Part shown: piece by piece, positions 1 through 11,500 of the stretch
Position numbering within the stretch: position 1 is the first letter of the stretch
Layout: the number at the start of each line of letters is the position of its first letter
Virus record (IMG/VR): IMGVR_UViG_3300019458_000020
Location: 124,001-188,000 of that record
Strand: one strand, 5' to 3'
Length of the DNA stretch: 64,000 bases
Position numbers and translations under genes: made by a program
The notes under the pieces: model-generated
Databases searched by the model: none
The model's input: only the letters and a program-made list of their open reading frames with translations
Told to the model about the DNA's origin: nothing

Positions 1-1344
1 TCTATATGCTTCGGAACCAGAATATTCAAAAATTACTCTATCTGTAGGCGCACCAACTACAGCAGTGTCTCCCCAAATACTAACGGAATATCCAAATGAA
101 TCAGTTCGAGAACTTGTATAGGATGCAGAAACTTGAGGATATACAGTGTCAAAATTTAATTGATATAGATTCAAGTCAGGATACAAAGTATATTTTAATT
201 CCCAACCAGAACCAGTTGTATATTCATAAACAAATGCTAATGATGCACTAGGTTTGAGTGAACCTATTATCATACTTCCAGTAAATGAACCTGTGGCCTT
301 ATTTAATTCAATAGAATGACCAAAGTAATCACGAGTACCTATTCCCAATACAGAACTTCCACTAATAACTTGCTGTAACGACCAACTAGCATCATTACCG
401 AATGGTCCTCCACTCTTCTTATACATGTAAACGGCGCCAAACTGATTAAGTTCGTAAATTGAGCCGATGGCTAACCACTCATCGTTTATAGATACCGAAT
501 ATCCGAATGAACCTGTTAATGTTGGATTTGGATTTTGTATTGTTACCAAATATGGATTGGTAGAAACTATTCCACTTACTCTAATATTCGGAGCAACATT
601 TGAGTCGGTATTAAGAGATGCCGTAACTATATATCCGATAGTAGTAGAATCAGAGGTTATAGTGAACACCACATTTCCACCATCACTGGTAACAGGAGTA
701 ATTTGCAATTTCTGATATGGATTGGATGATGTAATAAATCTACCTTCCAATAAAGCGAATCCAAATCCTTGTCCTCCGGGAACAAATGCGGTAATATTTG
801 CTACAGTGGCCGAAGACGTTGTTACGGAAGTTATGAATGGATTAGAAGTGACAGCAAATGGGTCAAGATTTAATTTAGCTAAATCAAATAAGCTCACTTC
901 TCCTGAACCACTAAATACAAACGATGCCGTGTCAATCAAAATTTCACTTCTAAAGTATCTATTTCCTACTGCTAACAAATTTCTATTTAAATCAATTGCA
1001 TGACCATAATCATCTTCTGATGCAGTGAAATATGTTCCGGGGTCGATAATAATATCTAAATCGGATGTAAGAGGAACCGTTCCGGTTAATTCGGTATGAA
1101 GAATTTGGTCGGTTTCCGTGGTCAACCAAACAAATTCTGCAGCAGAAATAGGTCTATAAATCGTTGTTTTTAAATCGTGACTATCTCTATTAAGATTATA
1201 TCTAAAAACTTCCAAAGAGCCTGTTTGAGATAAACTTGCTGAGGCTGCTAACCATCGAACGGTTGCCGGATTTCCTACCACAGCCCATCGGTCGTAACAT
1301 GTAACGGTCGAACCGTATCCTTCATTATGTATGTTCGATATCAT
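1..1344 (-). CDS. FG-GAP/beta-propeller-like repeat virion protein, 3'-truncated by window edge
   Basis: Manually translated open frame from ATG at 1344 (MISNIHNEGYGSTV...). Repeated blades such as EDDYGHAIDLNRNLLAVG, EWLAIGS...FGAVYMY and YFGHSIEL. Absent from the ORF track because its stop lies outside the window. Confidence 0.6.
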   Translation of the reverse strand, partial: MISNIHNEGYGSTVTCYDRWAVVGNPATVRWLAASASLSQTGSLEVFRYNLNRDSHDLKTTIYRPISAAEFVWLTTETDQILHTELTGTVPLTSDLDIIIDPGTYFTASEDDYGHAIDLNRNLLAVGNRYFRSEILIDTASFVFSGSGEVSLFDLAKLNLDPFAVTSNPFITSVTTSSATVANITAFVPGGQGFGFALLEGRFITSSNPYQKLQITPVTSDGGNVVFTITSDSTTIGYIVTASLNTDSNVAPNIRVSGIVSTNPYLVTIQNPNPTLTGSFGYSVSINDEWLAIGSIYELNQFGAVYMYKKSGGPFGNDASWSLQQVISGSSVLGIGTRDYFGHSIELNKATGSFTGSMIIGSLKPSASLAFVYEYTTGSGWELKYTLYPDLNLYQLNFDTVYPQVSASYTSSRTDSFGYSVSIWGDTAVVGAPTDRVIFEYSGSEAYR

Positions 1345-1402
1345 TCTATAAAATAAGTAGTATTTTTATTGGTTTGTTGGTTGTTATAATTGATATTCGT
1401 GG

Positions 1403-2797
1403 TTAATTTTCGTCTTCCCATAACACAGTCCAGCCACGGCCTTGAAGAGTTGCAATATTGGCTAAATCTTGTGCTGTCTCATTTTGGTCAAATGGTGTCA
1501 ATTGACCACGTACTACCACCAATCCGTTATTTACTCCATTATCTACCAATTGTTGTAAAATATCTCCTACATCCGTTGGACTAAAATTGTCAAATTCAAT
1601 ACTTATTTCATTAATTAATGGAGGTAATAATAGTGGACCGGTCAATCCACTGTTATTATTTAATGATAATACTAATAAATTAGTTAAGGTATGAACATCT
1701 GTAATAGAAGTAATTCCTTGGGATACTAGACTTACTGATGTCACACTTTCTGAATCAGTAGCATTTGCATAAAAATAATCCAAATCTCCAGAAAAGGGCC
1801 CAGCCACACCTTCAAACCACGTTATTATACCAGAGTCCGGTTCATAAGCAAAAGTAAAATTGCCTGGTTCGCTCGGAGTAAAATCAATAGATTGACTTGC
1901 ATAAGCAGAAATACCAAAAGTATTAAATGCATATACACGATAAAAATTGATAGTTTGTTCCGGCGTTGTATCAATATAAGTTCCAGTAGAACCACTGGGT
2001 CGAAGAGATAATAATTGATAATTTGTTTGATCTCCGATGCTTCGTTGAACGCCAAAGCCTTCTAATCTAATTCCTGGGCCTGAAGGCATATATGACCAAG
2101 ATAAGATGGCACTACCAGAAGAAACACTCAAACTGATTGGGGCATCTGGAACAGAAAAGTTAAAATAATTTGCACAAGTATTTATACTGCCAGAAACAAA
2201 TTCGTTAGTGAAATCCCCAACTTCCTGTTGTTTAGAAAACAAATCACTACCTGCAAAAAGATTATTATGTCCATCGTCAAATATGGCATAAGAATTATCC
2301 AAAGAATTATCCACTAATTCTACTGTTGTTTCTTGTAATTTTTCTCCAAATACTCTAGTCGGAATATGAAATACTTTTATTTTATCTGCCAAAAATTTAC
2401 TGGTCATAGATTTAGGAAAATCTATATTTTCTAATCCATAAATTTTTGTTGGGTCAGAATAATGATTATAAAACATTAATTTTGTTTGACTGTAAATTAC
2501 CCTTTTAAATGTTCCATCGGGATTCATAGGTTCTAAATCAGGATAGAAAATTCCTTTTCTATCTAAACCTTCTTGAATAACTGCTCGATCATTCGTTTGT
2601 TGTTCGAGAGCAATTAAGCAATCAGTATTTATTATTGGCAATCCACTACCATCTCCATAATCTGCATATTCTAATATAACTCCTTCATCCGCCTCAGTTA
2701 AGAGTAAATCATCGTTTTCTACGTTAGATAACGTTCTATCTTTGAACGTCAAAAACGGAGAAACGTATGTATTACTTTTCTTTAGCGATTTTAACAT
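1403..2797 (-). CDS. Virion-associated protein: conserved N-terminal domain, Fn3-like domain and short LRR-like C-terminus
   Basis: N-terminus paralogous to 3903-4892. Fn3-like LSWS...GFGVQRS...YIDTT...YRVYAFNTFG. LRR-like GITSITDVHTLTNLLVLSLNNN. Confidence 0.55.
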   Translation of the reverse strand: MLKSLKKSNTYVSPFLTFKDRTLSNVENDDLLLTEADEGVILEYADYGDGSGLPIINTDCLIALEQQTNDRAVIQEGLDRKGIFYPDLEPMNPDGTFKRVIYSQTKLMFYNHYSDPTKIYGLENIDFPKSMTSKFLADKIKVFHIPTRVFGEKLQETTVELVDNSLDNSYAIFDDGHNNLFAGSDLFSKQQEVGDFTNEFVSGSINTCANYFNFSVPDAPISLSVSSGSAILSWSYMPSGPGIRLEGFGVQRSIGDQTNYQLLSLRPSGSTGTYIDTTPEQTINFYRVYAFNTFGISAYASQSIDFTPSEPGNFTFAYEPDSGIITWFEGVAGPFSGDLDYFYANATDSESVTSVSLVSQGITSITDVHTLTNLLVLSLNNNSGLTGPLLLPPLINEISIEFDNFSPTDVGDILQQLVDNGVNNGLVVVRGQLTPFDQNETAQDLANIATLQGRGWTVLWEDEN

Positions 2798-2800
2798 AGT

Positions 2801-3937
2801 TTAATAAATTTTTCTAACGGCGAACGCGGCTAATTCTAGGGAAGAAGAATGTTGCCAGGAAAAATTAAATGTATCCAATTTACCATTCGATTGCTCAAAA
2901 GCAAATTGAGTCATTTGTGTTACGCCTCCTGCTCCGGATGGATTTATTATTCCTACAGAAAATCCACCTAATGTGGCTCCGGTTGGATTATCACCAACGG
3001 CATCCAATATTTGTGATTTTGCCATACTATATTCAACGCTTCCGGTATCAGACATTCTGAAAGATTGATTATAATTGACACTGGCCGAATCATTAACATA
3101 TAATACTCTAGCCATTTCAATCATTAATAATGAATAGAATCCAAGTCCCTGATTTCCAACTAAGGTTGATGCTGCCAATTTATTTCCAGCCGTCCCAGCT
3201 CCACTCCCTCTATCTGTAACAGTAGTTCCTCGTTTTGTACAAAAACGTGGAGCAGGATTAATATTGTAATTACCTGACCCACTTGGATTCGTTGCACTTC
3301 CAGAAGCAAAACTTCCAGATGACCATGTTGCAGTATTTGGTGACGCACCGTTATCACCCCATTGCCATCCGAAAAAGTTATCACAAGTTGCACTAGCAAC
3401 CATATTGGTTGTTCCTGAACAAATTCCAATTTTACCATCGACCGTCATTTGAGATGCGGTATTATTAACTCTCATCATGACACCTATGATTAATCGATTC
3501 CATGCATCACCAAAAGGCAACCGGCGGCCAAATTGGGCACCATTCGACAAAGCAAGACATTTACCAATATTTTGTCCTCTATCAAAACTTCTAGTAATAA
3601 TACTTGAGCCGGTAGAACATACTCCGACCGAAGTCCAACCGAATCCTCCATTCAAAGAAGTTATGGTTCCCATAGGATAAGATTCAAAATCATCCCACGC
3701 CCATCCCTTATTATATTTTCTAAATAATTCCGAAGCAAAACTCGCTGTAGAGGATACTAAACTAGCAGTTACGGCCACCCTACTTGCACTAGTATCCAAA
3801 AGTATCATATCAAAATTGATTATCGCAGAACCAGACCGTAAGGAATTTCCTGTTCCGTCATCGCCGGTTGAACCTGAATTTATTAGTAGAACATTCATAA
3901 TTTTATATATTGTCGAAAGTGAAAACGGTGCTATCAA
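2801..3937 (-). CDS. Ser/Gly/Thr-rich putative virion/tail protein (start probably near 3898)
   Basis: 378-aa ORF. Shares WDDFESY..G...GGFGW and FGRRLPFGDAWNRL motifs with 41519-43642. Confidence 0.5.
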   Translation of the reverse strand: MIAPFSLSTIYKIMNVLLINSGSTGDDGTGNSLRSGSAIINFDMILLDTSASRVAVTASLVSSTASFASELFRKYNKGWAWDDFESYPMGTITSLNGGFGWTSVGVCSTGSSIITRSFDRGQNIGKCLALSNGAQFGRRLPFGDAWNRLIIGVMMRVNNTASQMTVDGKIGICSGTTNMVASATCDNFFGWQWGDNGASPNTATWSSGSFASGSATNPSGSGNYNINPAPRFCTKRGTTVTDRGSGAGTAGNKLAASTLVGNQGLGFYSLLMIEMARVLYVNDSASVNYNQSFRMSDTGSVEYSMAKSQILDAVGDNPTGATLGGFSVGIINPSGAGGVTQMTQFAFEQSNGKLDTFNFSWQHSSSLELAAFAVRKIY

Positions 3938-4892
3938 ACGTTATAATGGTACTATCAAACGTAGGATTTTGAGTTATTATAATACTAGCAGTATTACTAT
4001 ATGAAGATGTGCCGAATGTATTGAAAGCAGCAACTCTATACCAATAGGTACTGCCTGTTACTACAGACGTGTCGTGAGAACCGGTAATGTTTGTACCAAC
4101 AATAATATGTGGTATATATGTTGAACCAGAATCCACAGACCGTTCTATTACGAAACCATCTTCATTAATTGATGTATCTACCCAAGTTATTAATACATCA
4201 CTAATACTAACTTGAAATAGACTTAAACTTATTGGGGCAGAAGGAACAGAAAAATCAAAATAATTTGAACAGTTATTAATGCTTCCTGTAGCAAATTCGT
4301 TTGTAAACTCTCCTATTTCCTGAACCCTAGAAAAAATATTTGTTCCCGCAAAAAGATTATTGTGACCATCATCAACAATATCGTAATTGTTATCTATTGA
4401 GTTGTCAGTAATATGAACCGAATTTTCAAGAATCTTTTCTCCCAACACACGAGGAACCACATCAAAAATTCTCATTTTATCTGTGATGAATTTTATTGTC
4501 TTAGAATTAGGAAAATCGATATTTTCCATTCCCCATAATTGGGCGGGATTTTTATAATTATTATAGAATAGAGTCTTGATTTGAGAATAGACGACTCTTT
4601 TAAATGTCCCATCTTGATTTACTGGTTCATCATCAGGATAGAATATTCCGGTTCGTTTCTGACCCTCTCGAAATTTTAATTTATCATCCTCTTGTTGTTC
4701 AAGAGCAATCAAACATTCGGTATTCAGTTCTGGTAATCCACTTCCATTACCATAATCTACATACTCCATTAAAATGCCTTCATCGGCTTCGGTCAAAACC
4801 AAGTCATCATTAATAACATTCGACAACTGCCAATCTTTGGTAGTTGTGAACGGTACAGTATTTATCTGATACTTTTTAAGTGACTTAATCAT
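3903..4892 (-). CDS. Virion-associated protein with Fn3-like domain (paralogue of 1403-2797)
   Basis: LITWVDTSINEDGFVIERS...YWYRVAAFNTFGTSSYSN is a typical Fn3 signature. N-terminal ~210 aa clearly similar to 1403-2797. Confidence 0.6.
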   Translation of the reverse strand: MIKSLKKYQINTVPFTTTKDWQLSNVINDDLVLTEADEGILMEYVDYGNGSGLPELNTECLIALEQQEDDKLKFREGQKRTGIFYPDDEPVNQDGTFKRVVYSQIKTLFYNNYKNPAQLWGMENIDFPNSKTIKFITDKMRIFDVVPRVLGEKILENSVHITDNSIDNNYDIVDDGHNNLFAGTNIFSRVQEIGEFTNEFATGSINNCSNYFDFSVPSAPISLSLFQVSISDVLITWVDTSINEDGFVIERSVDSGSTYIPHIIVGTNITGSHDTSVVTGSTYWYRVAAFNTFGTSSYSNTASIIITQNPTFDSTIITFDSTVFTFDNI

Positions 4893-4907
4893 CTTATAGA
4901 ATAAATA

Positions 4908-5742
4908 TTACTCTGTTAGGGTATTTAAAATAATCATTGGGTCTTTCTTTATATCCGATTCCCACAATCGTATAACTTTATAACCTTTCTTTTTTGCTAT
5001 ATCTTCTTTTAATTTGTCATTATCTTTTATTTCATTTACATATTTATAATAATGTTTTTTCTTTGGATTACCGTGCCAATAATCTCCATCAACTTCAATA
5101 ATAATTGGTTTGTTTTTGATTTTAAAATCATAAGATTTACAAACGCCGGTGTCATTTATAAAAAACTGAAAAAACATATTCTATTCCAGCAGAATCTAAA
5201 GCGTTTGCTACTATTTTTTCTAATTTATTCATTTTACGATGAGAAAATATTTTCTGTATTGTTTCTAGTGTATGAGTTTTTCCGTACATTGGGTTTTTAT
5301 TACCCAACAAAGACCCATTTTTCTTTTTTGTTAGTATTGCCTTATCTTTTACTTCTTTTTTATGCATAGGATTATTTTTTCCTTGAATAGATGGAACCTC
5401 TCTACCAAGATTAGAAATAGATATTTTTTGTTTTGTTTCTTCAGAAAGGGTTGTTCCATATCTGATAGAATTTTCTCCCGTCCACGTTTTTCTTAATTCC
5501 GTCAAACACTTTGTAGAACAAGTAGGTTGTTTATGTGACTTGGAATAAGACCTACAAATATTTTCACACATTACACATTTTACCCAATTAAACTGTTCAA
5601 ATTCTTTTAGATTTTCCTTTACATAATCTAAAAAATTAATAGAATGATGTGATTTTAAATGAATCGAAATAACTTTTGGATGAATAGGGAAGTGACAATA
5701 TTTACAAATGAGATGATTCATATCTAATAAATATGAATCCAC
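4908..5742 (-). pseudogene. Frameshifted DUF559/Vsr-like PD-(D/E)xK homing endonuclease with Zn-finger and NUMOD3-like repeats
   Basis: ORF 5152-5742 ends ...GIEYVFSVFYK* and ORF 4908-5177 continues FQFFIN..YDFKI..IEVDGDYWHG. Removing one base from the A6 run at 5169-5174 fuses them (EYVFQFFIN). Confidence 0.75.
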
Positions 5743-5781
5743 TATCTGAACAAAATTCCTAAATCACCTATAATTAGTGTA

Positions 5782-6942
5782 TTAAAAGTCTATCCTGACC
5801 TTAATTAGAAGTTCATTAGAAAAATCTTTCAAAGCTGGACGACTCAACTTAGCCACAGCCACCAATTCGTTGTTTTCGTTGTAAAGACCTATGGATGTTA
5901 TATATGTTCTTGGATCTGATATAAAATCCTCATTTCTTATTGTTCCCTTAGCATGAATATTATCTTCGGTTCCATCGAACACATAAGTTGGGTTATTTGA
6001 ATAATTGAAATCTCGGTTCTTGACACGAACGAAATAGTGCCGAGCAGGAACAAATTCCGTTTTTCTGACTTTGAAAAGTTGGCCGGAATTATTTAATGAC
6101 CAGAAAAATGCCTCATGGTTGGCCGTCGTTTGAATGGTTTGGTTAGCAACTTGAATTGCAGCGATGCTTCCTGTATTGTAATTAGCAAAACATACACTCA
6201 CACCACCATTAGAACCACTGATGTTATTTAATCCTACCAATTGATTAATCTTTGCAGCATTAAAGACAACTACGCCATCGGCTGGATAAAACAATCCTAT
6301 ACCTTGATATGAAGGTAAAACATCTGTTGGGTCATTAATAGAACCAGTAATCAGATTATATACCGCAGATTGTTGAGTAAGGAATGGAGAATCGTCTCGG
6401 AAAGTAAAATTGCCGTTAGAACCTGTAAGAGATATTTCAAGAATACCTTCATCAACTCTATCCTTCATCTTGTAAGATGAAAAGGATATTACAAAAATGT
6501 CATCGGCATTTACCGTTTCACTTGAACTTCCGGTTTTAAAGCTAAATTTACCATCTGTATCTGCTGTTCCTAACAAAAGATTTTTGTATTGAGTATAGAT
6601 AGTTTTCGTAGGAAATACCTTGATACTACCCGTATCCAAATTGAATGAACCACTTCCTAAATTCCCATAAAAATGACCATAAGAAATAGAAAAATATGGA
6701 TCATTGTTTGCTTTATAGGTGGTATCAGGAAAAACATCTACATAAAACATTGTTCTACGAACATCATAAATAGATGAACCGAACGAAGGTGATGGAGTAA
6801 CAGATGATTGCGTCAGAGAAAAGAAATTATCGACAAGGCTGCTGGCACTCCAGTTGGTGAACCCACCTGGCCAAAACCCACTAGCAACTCTGTTCGTCTT
6901 GCCAGCAACAATATCTGTCGTTTCAAATGCTTTGAATATCAT
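5782..6942 (-). CDS. Putative baseplate/tail structural protein
   Basis: C-terminal YITSIGLYNENNELVAVAKLSRP resembles tail-collar/baseplate motifs; lies in the structural module. Confidence 0.55.
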   Translation of the reverse strand: MIFKAFETTDIVAGKTNRVASGFWPGGFTNWSASSLVDNFFSLTQSSVTPSPSFGSSIYDVRRTMFYVDVFPDTTYKANNDPYFSISYGHFYGNLGSGSFNLDTGSIKVFPTKTIYTQYKNLLLGTADTDGKFSFKTGSSSETVNADDIFVISFSSYKMKDRVDEGILEISLTGSNGNFTFRDDSPFLTQQSAVYNLITGSINDPTDVLPSYQGIGLFYPADGVVVFNAAKINQLVGLNNISGSNGGVSVCFANYNTGSIAAIQVANQTIQTTANHEAFFWSLNNSGQLFKVRKTEFVPARHYFVRVKNRDFNYSNNPTYVFDGTEDNIHAKGTIRNEDFISDPRTYITSIGLYNENNELVAVAKLSRPALKDFSNELLIKVRIDF

Positions 6943-6952
6943 AAACTATACC

Positions 6953-7597
6953 TTATACCGTATTTGTAGGAACCACGACCGTCACTTCAATGCTGATGCT
7001 TCCTCCGCTTTCATTTCCAATAATAGTGAGTGTGGTGCTGGTCGTTTTTCCTAAGCTGCTGTTTGGTAAAAATCTAAATTTTCTACCTACCACTACTTGA
7101 GCGCTAGTCGTATTAATATCTCCTGCGAAAGTAGGAATCGTACTAGAAACCGAGTTAATAGAATTGGATTCTTCGACAACCAATACACCGACATTTTTAT
7201 TTCCAAGAATTGCCGTATAACCCAAACTAAGGTTATATGCTGGATTGGTACTAGGAGAAATAATAATGTCTCCCGTGAAGTCTCTGGAAACAGAAATTTT
7301 ATCTTGAGCGATAGAAATAACCGGAATAGATGTTACACCTTGATTCAATGTAACCAGTTTGTATTTCATGACCTGCGTTTCGTCCGAAACGGGTTCGAAA
7401 ACCGGAGTATTTCTGATAGCAATGTCATAAAATGCGCTACCGTTAGGATGATTTGGTTGGTAAAGAGTGTAATCAATTTCATCGTCAGCCAATGCAAACG
7501 ACGTGATGTTCAAATTTCCATTTTTTGCCAGCAATTCACGTCCTTTTTTGGTAAGAATTGCATCTACAGTGATGGTCTGGTTATCGATATAGCTCAT
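6953..7597 (-). CDS. Putative tail-collar/baseplate-associated structural protein
   Basis: N-terminal AILTKKGRELLAK...FALADDE resembles tail-fibre-attachment N-termini; structural context. Confidence 0.5.
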   Translation of the reverse strand: MSYIDNQTITVDAILTKKGRELLAKNGNLNITSFALADDEIDYTLYQPNHPNGSAFYDIAIRNTPVFEPVSDETQVMKYKLVTLNQGVTSIPVISIAQDKISVSRDFTGDIIISPSTNPAYNLSLGYTAILGNKNVGVLVVEESNSINSVSSTIPTFAGDINTTSAQVVVGRKFRFLPNSSLGKTTSTTLTIIGNESGGSISIEVTVVVPTNTV

Positions 7598-7598
7598 G

Positions 7599-8375
7599 TT
7601 ATTTCACTCCCATTTTTATTAGTAATCGGGCCATAGATGGTGGTGTCACGCCATACTTAAATGCCAATTTTCTCTGATTCATACTACCAGATAAATATAA
7701 TGATTTTATATTTTCGTATTCACTCTTTGGTACTTTGCCTTTTTTATATCGTCCCTCAAGAATGGCATTTCTGACTCCTATACGTATTTTTTGTAGTTCC
7801 GATTCATCAAATTTTTTGGGGTTTAAGAGTTTGCCCTTAGAAATGTTTTGTCCATGTTCCTTTGGATAAATTCTACCATCGTTCATTTTTTGTGCTTTTA
7901 CTATGCCAGTATAGACGAATTTGGGTCTATTTTTAAACTTTTTAATGGTTTCGGATGTATGTCTTCGACCCTTCCTATCAACGGACATTTGTATTTTCTG
8001 TTCTTCGGTCCAACGTGGAACGCCTTTTTGTGTATCAGAAATTTTCCGTTTAACTTCTTCGGACCTCTTTTCTCCTGGACTAACAGGACAAGTCGCCGAG
8101 GAACGAATGTTGTAACACTCTTCTTTTCCAACCCACATATCCAATTCTTTTTGTTCTTCGATTAAAAGTTTCGTCTCTTCACATAGTCTATAAATTTGAA
8201 ACATGAAATTTTGTTCACCATAAAGATTCCACGCATTCTGTAAATGTGGGTTGACGTGTTGGTTTCTATTCAAATCAAAAACATGGGCATACCATCTACG
8301 AGAAAAGTCATTGGTAGAACCAATATAGAATTTTCCATTCAGTTTGTTAATTATTTTATATAAGCCCTGGTTCAT
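7599..8375 (-). CDS. GIY-YIG homing endonuclease with NUMOD3-like repeats
   Basis: GLYKIINKLNGKFYIGST...RRW..H; RSEEVKRKIS and HTSETIKK repeats. Confidence 0.85.
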   Translation of the reverse strand: MNQGLYKIINKLNGKFYIGSTNDFSRRWYAHVFDLNRNQHVNPHLQNAWNLYGEQNFMFQIYRLCEETKLLIEEQKELDMWVGKEECYNIRSSATCPVSPGEKRSEEVKRKISDTQKGVPRWTEEQKIQMSVDRKGRRHTSETIKKFKNRPKFVYTGIVKAQKMNDGRIYPKEHGQNISKGKLLNPKKFDESELQKIRIGVRNAILEGRYKKGKVPKSEYENIKSLYLSGSMNQRKLAFKYGVTPPSMARLLIKMGVK

Positions 8376-8559
8376 TGTTAAGTATAAAATTTTTTCTTTC
8401 GAGTGTGAGTATAGTCTTCATATTCTCTTTTAATCTTAACTTATAAATTCCCGTTCGTGTTTGTGTGATTGTCATAATCATAAATTTCTCCCATACAAAA
8501 TGCTGATTTACCGATATGTTCTCCAATTAATATTGTAACTGTTAAATCAGTGGGATTCA

Positions 8560-11500
8560 TTATTGTTCCAGAACGTTGTCCGAGTTAACGATATTTACAT
8601 TGTTTACGTTGATTGTTTGAACAGGGAACGTTCCGTCATCAATACCATCTAATCCAATTGTGGTAGAAATAGTCTGTCTTCCCTTCACATATACGGAGCT
8701 GGAACCTTCTGAGGCAGCCGCTGAAGAATACTTGTCAGGAGTGAATTGTTGTCTCTTATGGATGTAATGGTTTCTTGGATAACCACTCACAATTTCAAAA
8801 AATGTATTATTATCAATTGGTACCAAATCAAATTGAGATGGGTCGAAAACATTGATGTTAATTGCCATCAACACATTAATCGTCTGATCAGGTGTATTTT
8901 TGAATGTGTTGATGCTATGGGTATATTGAAAACCAAAGAATGTAGGTGATGGGTCATTTACACCTGATGGGTCATTAGTCTTCATATAAACCATTCTATC
9001 CATGAATGGCTGGTCAACAGTAATATATTTATACAAATAGATAGAATTGGAAATATACGTGTTATCTGACATGACGTTGGAGTGTGTATATGGACCGACT
9101 AATTCGTATATATTTTTCTTTTCCCAAACTTTTAATAAATAGAAGGATTGGTTGACCTGTGGCGTGTCACCATTTTTCCTTCTACTTAATGAACCGTTTA
9201 TTACGTTACTGGAAGTAACTTCTGGATGTAAACAATTTTCATAATCAGGATACGTAGTAAATTGTATAGAATCATAAAAATCAGGAACTTGATTACCGTC
9301 CCAGTTTCTTGGAAATTCTCTGATAGGATTATTAATATAAGTCAAATCCAAAACCTTATTGTAGCTTGGAGGAAGACTATTTAATAATGTTTGTGACGAT
9401 TCCGAAAAATTAGTATTGAAATTTGCCCATTCCAAAGACATCGAAAGACGAGAAGCTCTTTCGGATACCCGTGTAGTATTAGCTTCAAATGTCAATGACC
9501 TAGCTACTGAAGATGTTATTGGTCGAGACTGATACTTTGGACGTTCCAACAACGTCGGTTCAACAACCACTCCAGCGACGATATTAGCACGGGCCGGAAT
9601 GGTATTCTTTATTGCTGAAAATACCGATTTATCAAAAAAGAATTTGTAAACCGTTATTAATTCGTTAAACAAAGTCTTTTTATTACCAAAGGCATGATAT
9701 TCCGAATTTTTATTCTTTAAGTTAGGATACCTATCACGATAAATATCTTCCGGGTCACCAATTATGTCGATGACTCCGGTACTTCCAATATATCTTGACA
9801 TGTCTTTATTCTTAGAATCTTGTGGATCTATGAATAATCCAAGTAAATTAGAATCGGGTGTAACTAAAGCATTAGGTAATGTGGTTGACCGTTCATTTAC
9901 ATCTAATCTAGCATCTAAATTCAATTCAATTTTTGTTATCTTATCATTCTTGAATTTATTTGGGCCATATTTTGATATATCTAATCCATTTTGAATTAAC
10001 AACTCTCGGAAACTAAATGGATAAGCAGAATCAGTCAAATATACACAACTGGATGAATCAAAAGAAGAAGTCCAATTTGGATCAATAATTCTCTGAAAAT
10101 TGAATGCCGTTAGTTGTGCAGAACCGCTTGGTAAATTTGTCCTCCATCGGTTATTTGTTATATCCACCGATGCAGAATAAAGTGAAGGAATCAATGAACT
10201 ACTCAAACTCTGACTCGAATAGAAATTAGGCAATGCATAATATGAAGAGCGATTATCTACCCACAATGAAGACGAGCCACTTAAATTAAAATACAACAAT
10301 TGTGGATAATCCCAAGATAATCTTACCCACAAGTGTTGATTAGCAATCGAACCACTGTAACTGTAAGAATTAAAATCATTGACGTGATTGTTGAAATCTA
10401 CGTCTGAAATAGGTTCATCCCATAACTGAACCTTATCTAGTGTTCCATTAAATTGATTTCCGGTCGGAAAGTATCCGTTACCTGTCTTGAATATACCGGG
10501 GTTAGAAAATACTCGGTTGTTGCCTGCTTCCATTATGATACTAGAGGTTGAGCAAAATATTTTTCTTCCATTTTCATTTCTCTGAACATACAAATCGTAT
10601 CTCAACGGGACGGCGTTTACATCCTCACTATTTTCAAATCTTTCAATTGGATTATTTCTTCGTAACATTACACTGAATACGTCACCATTGAATATTGGCA
10701 ATACACTACTAGTGATAGTTTGTCCGTTGGAGCCGGAACCCATCTCAAATATTATTTCTCCAAGAAATTCGCCGGCAACCTTCTTAAATCCTATTGCCCA
10801 AGAATGTGAAGGAAATTGATTATACGAATATGGATATTTGGTAAATAAAGGATTAAATTTTTGTTCAATGTAACCTTCTGGATTTTCTATTGAAAACTTA
10901 AACTCAACTGTTTCAATGTTATTTGGAAATGGGCCCTGAATATGGTCATTATTTCCGGAATACTTGGTCATGAAAACCTTTTCATCAACCACATACGTCT
11001 GTTTGAATTCTTCTGTAAAGTCTATTCCTCCAAATTCTCTAATACTTAATAAATTCGATGGAATTCCATAACAAGATAATAAGAATCTTACACATTCTTC
11101 CGAACCTTTTGTTTTGTATATTCCCGGAAGACTGATAAGAATTCTATTCCAAATTGTTCTCAATCTTTCTTCTGCTGATATGGCATTATATGTCGATGAG
11201 TCGAGACTATTTAGATAAACCTCATCCACATTCAAATCAGCCAAAACGTCATCAACATTCCATCCATAAGAAGTCAATATTTCTTGTAAAGTTTTCGTTG
11301 GGAGACTGGATGTAAGTTCGTTTTGAACCTGTCTTTCAATTGGGACGGAAGATATATAAGAATAGATGTTATCAAAATGATGGCCAGTCATCGATAAGAA
11401 TGTTAAATATTCATCGTTGTTTTCATCTAATTTGATAAAATCGGGTGTATTATTTATTAAACTGTCTCTATTCGATTTGTCATATTCTGCGGCTAATTCG

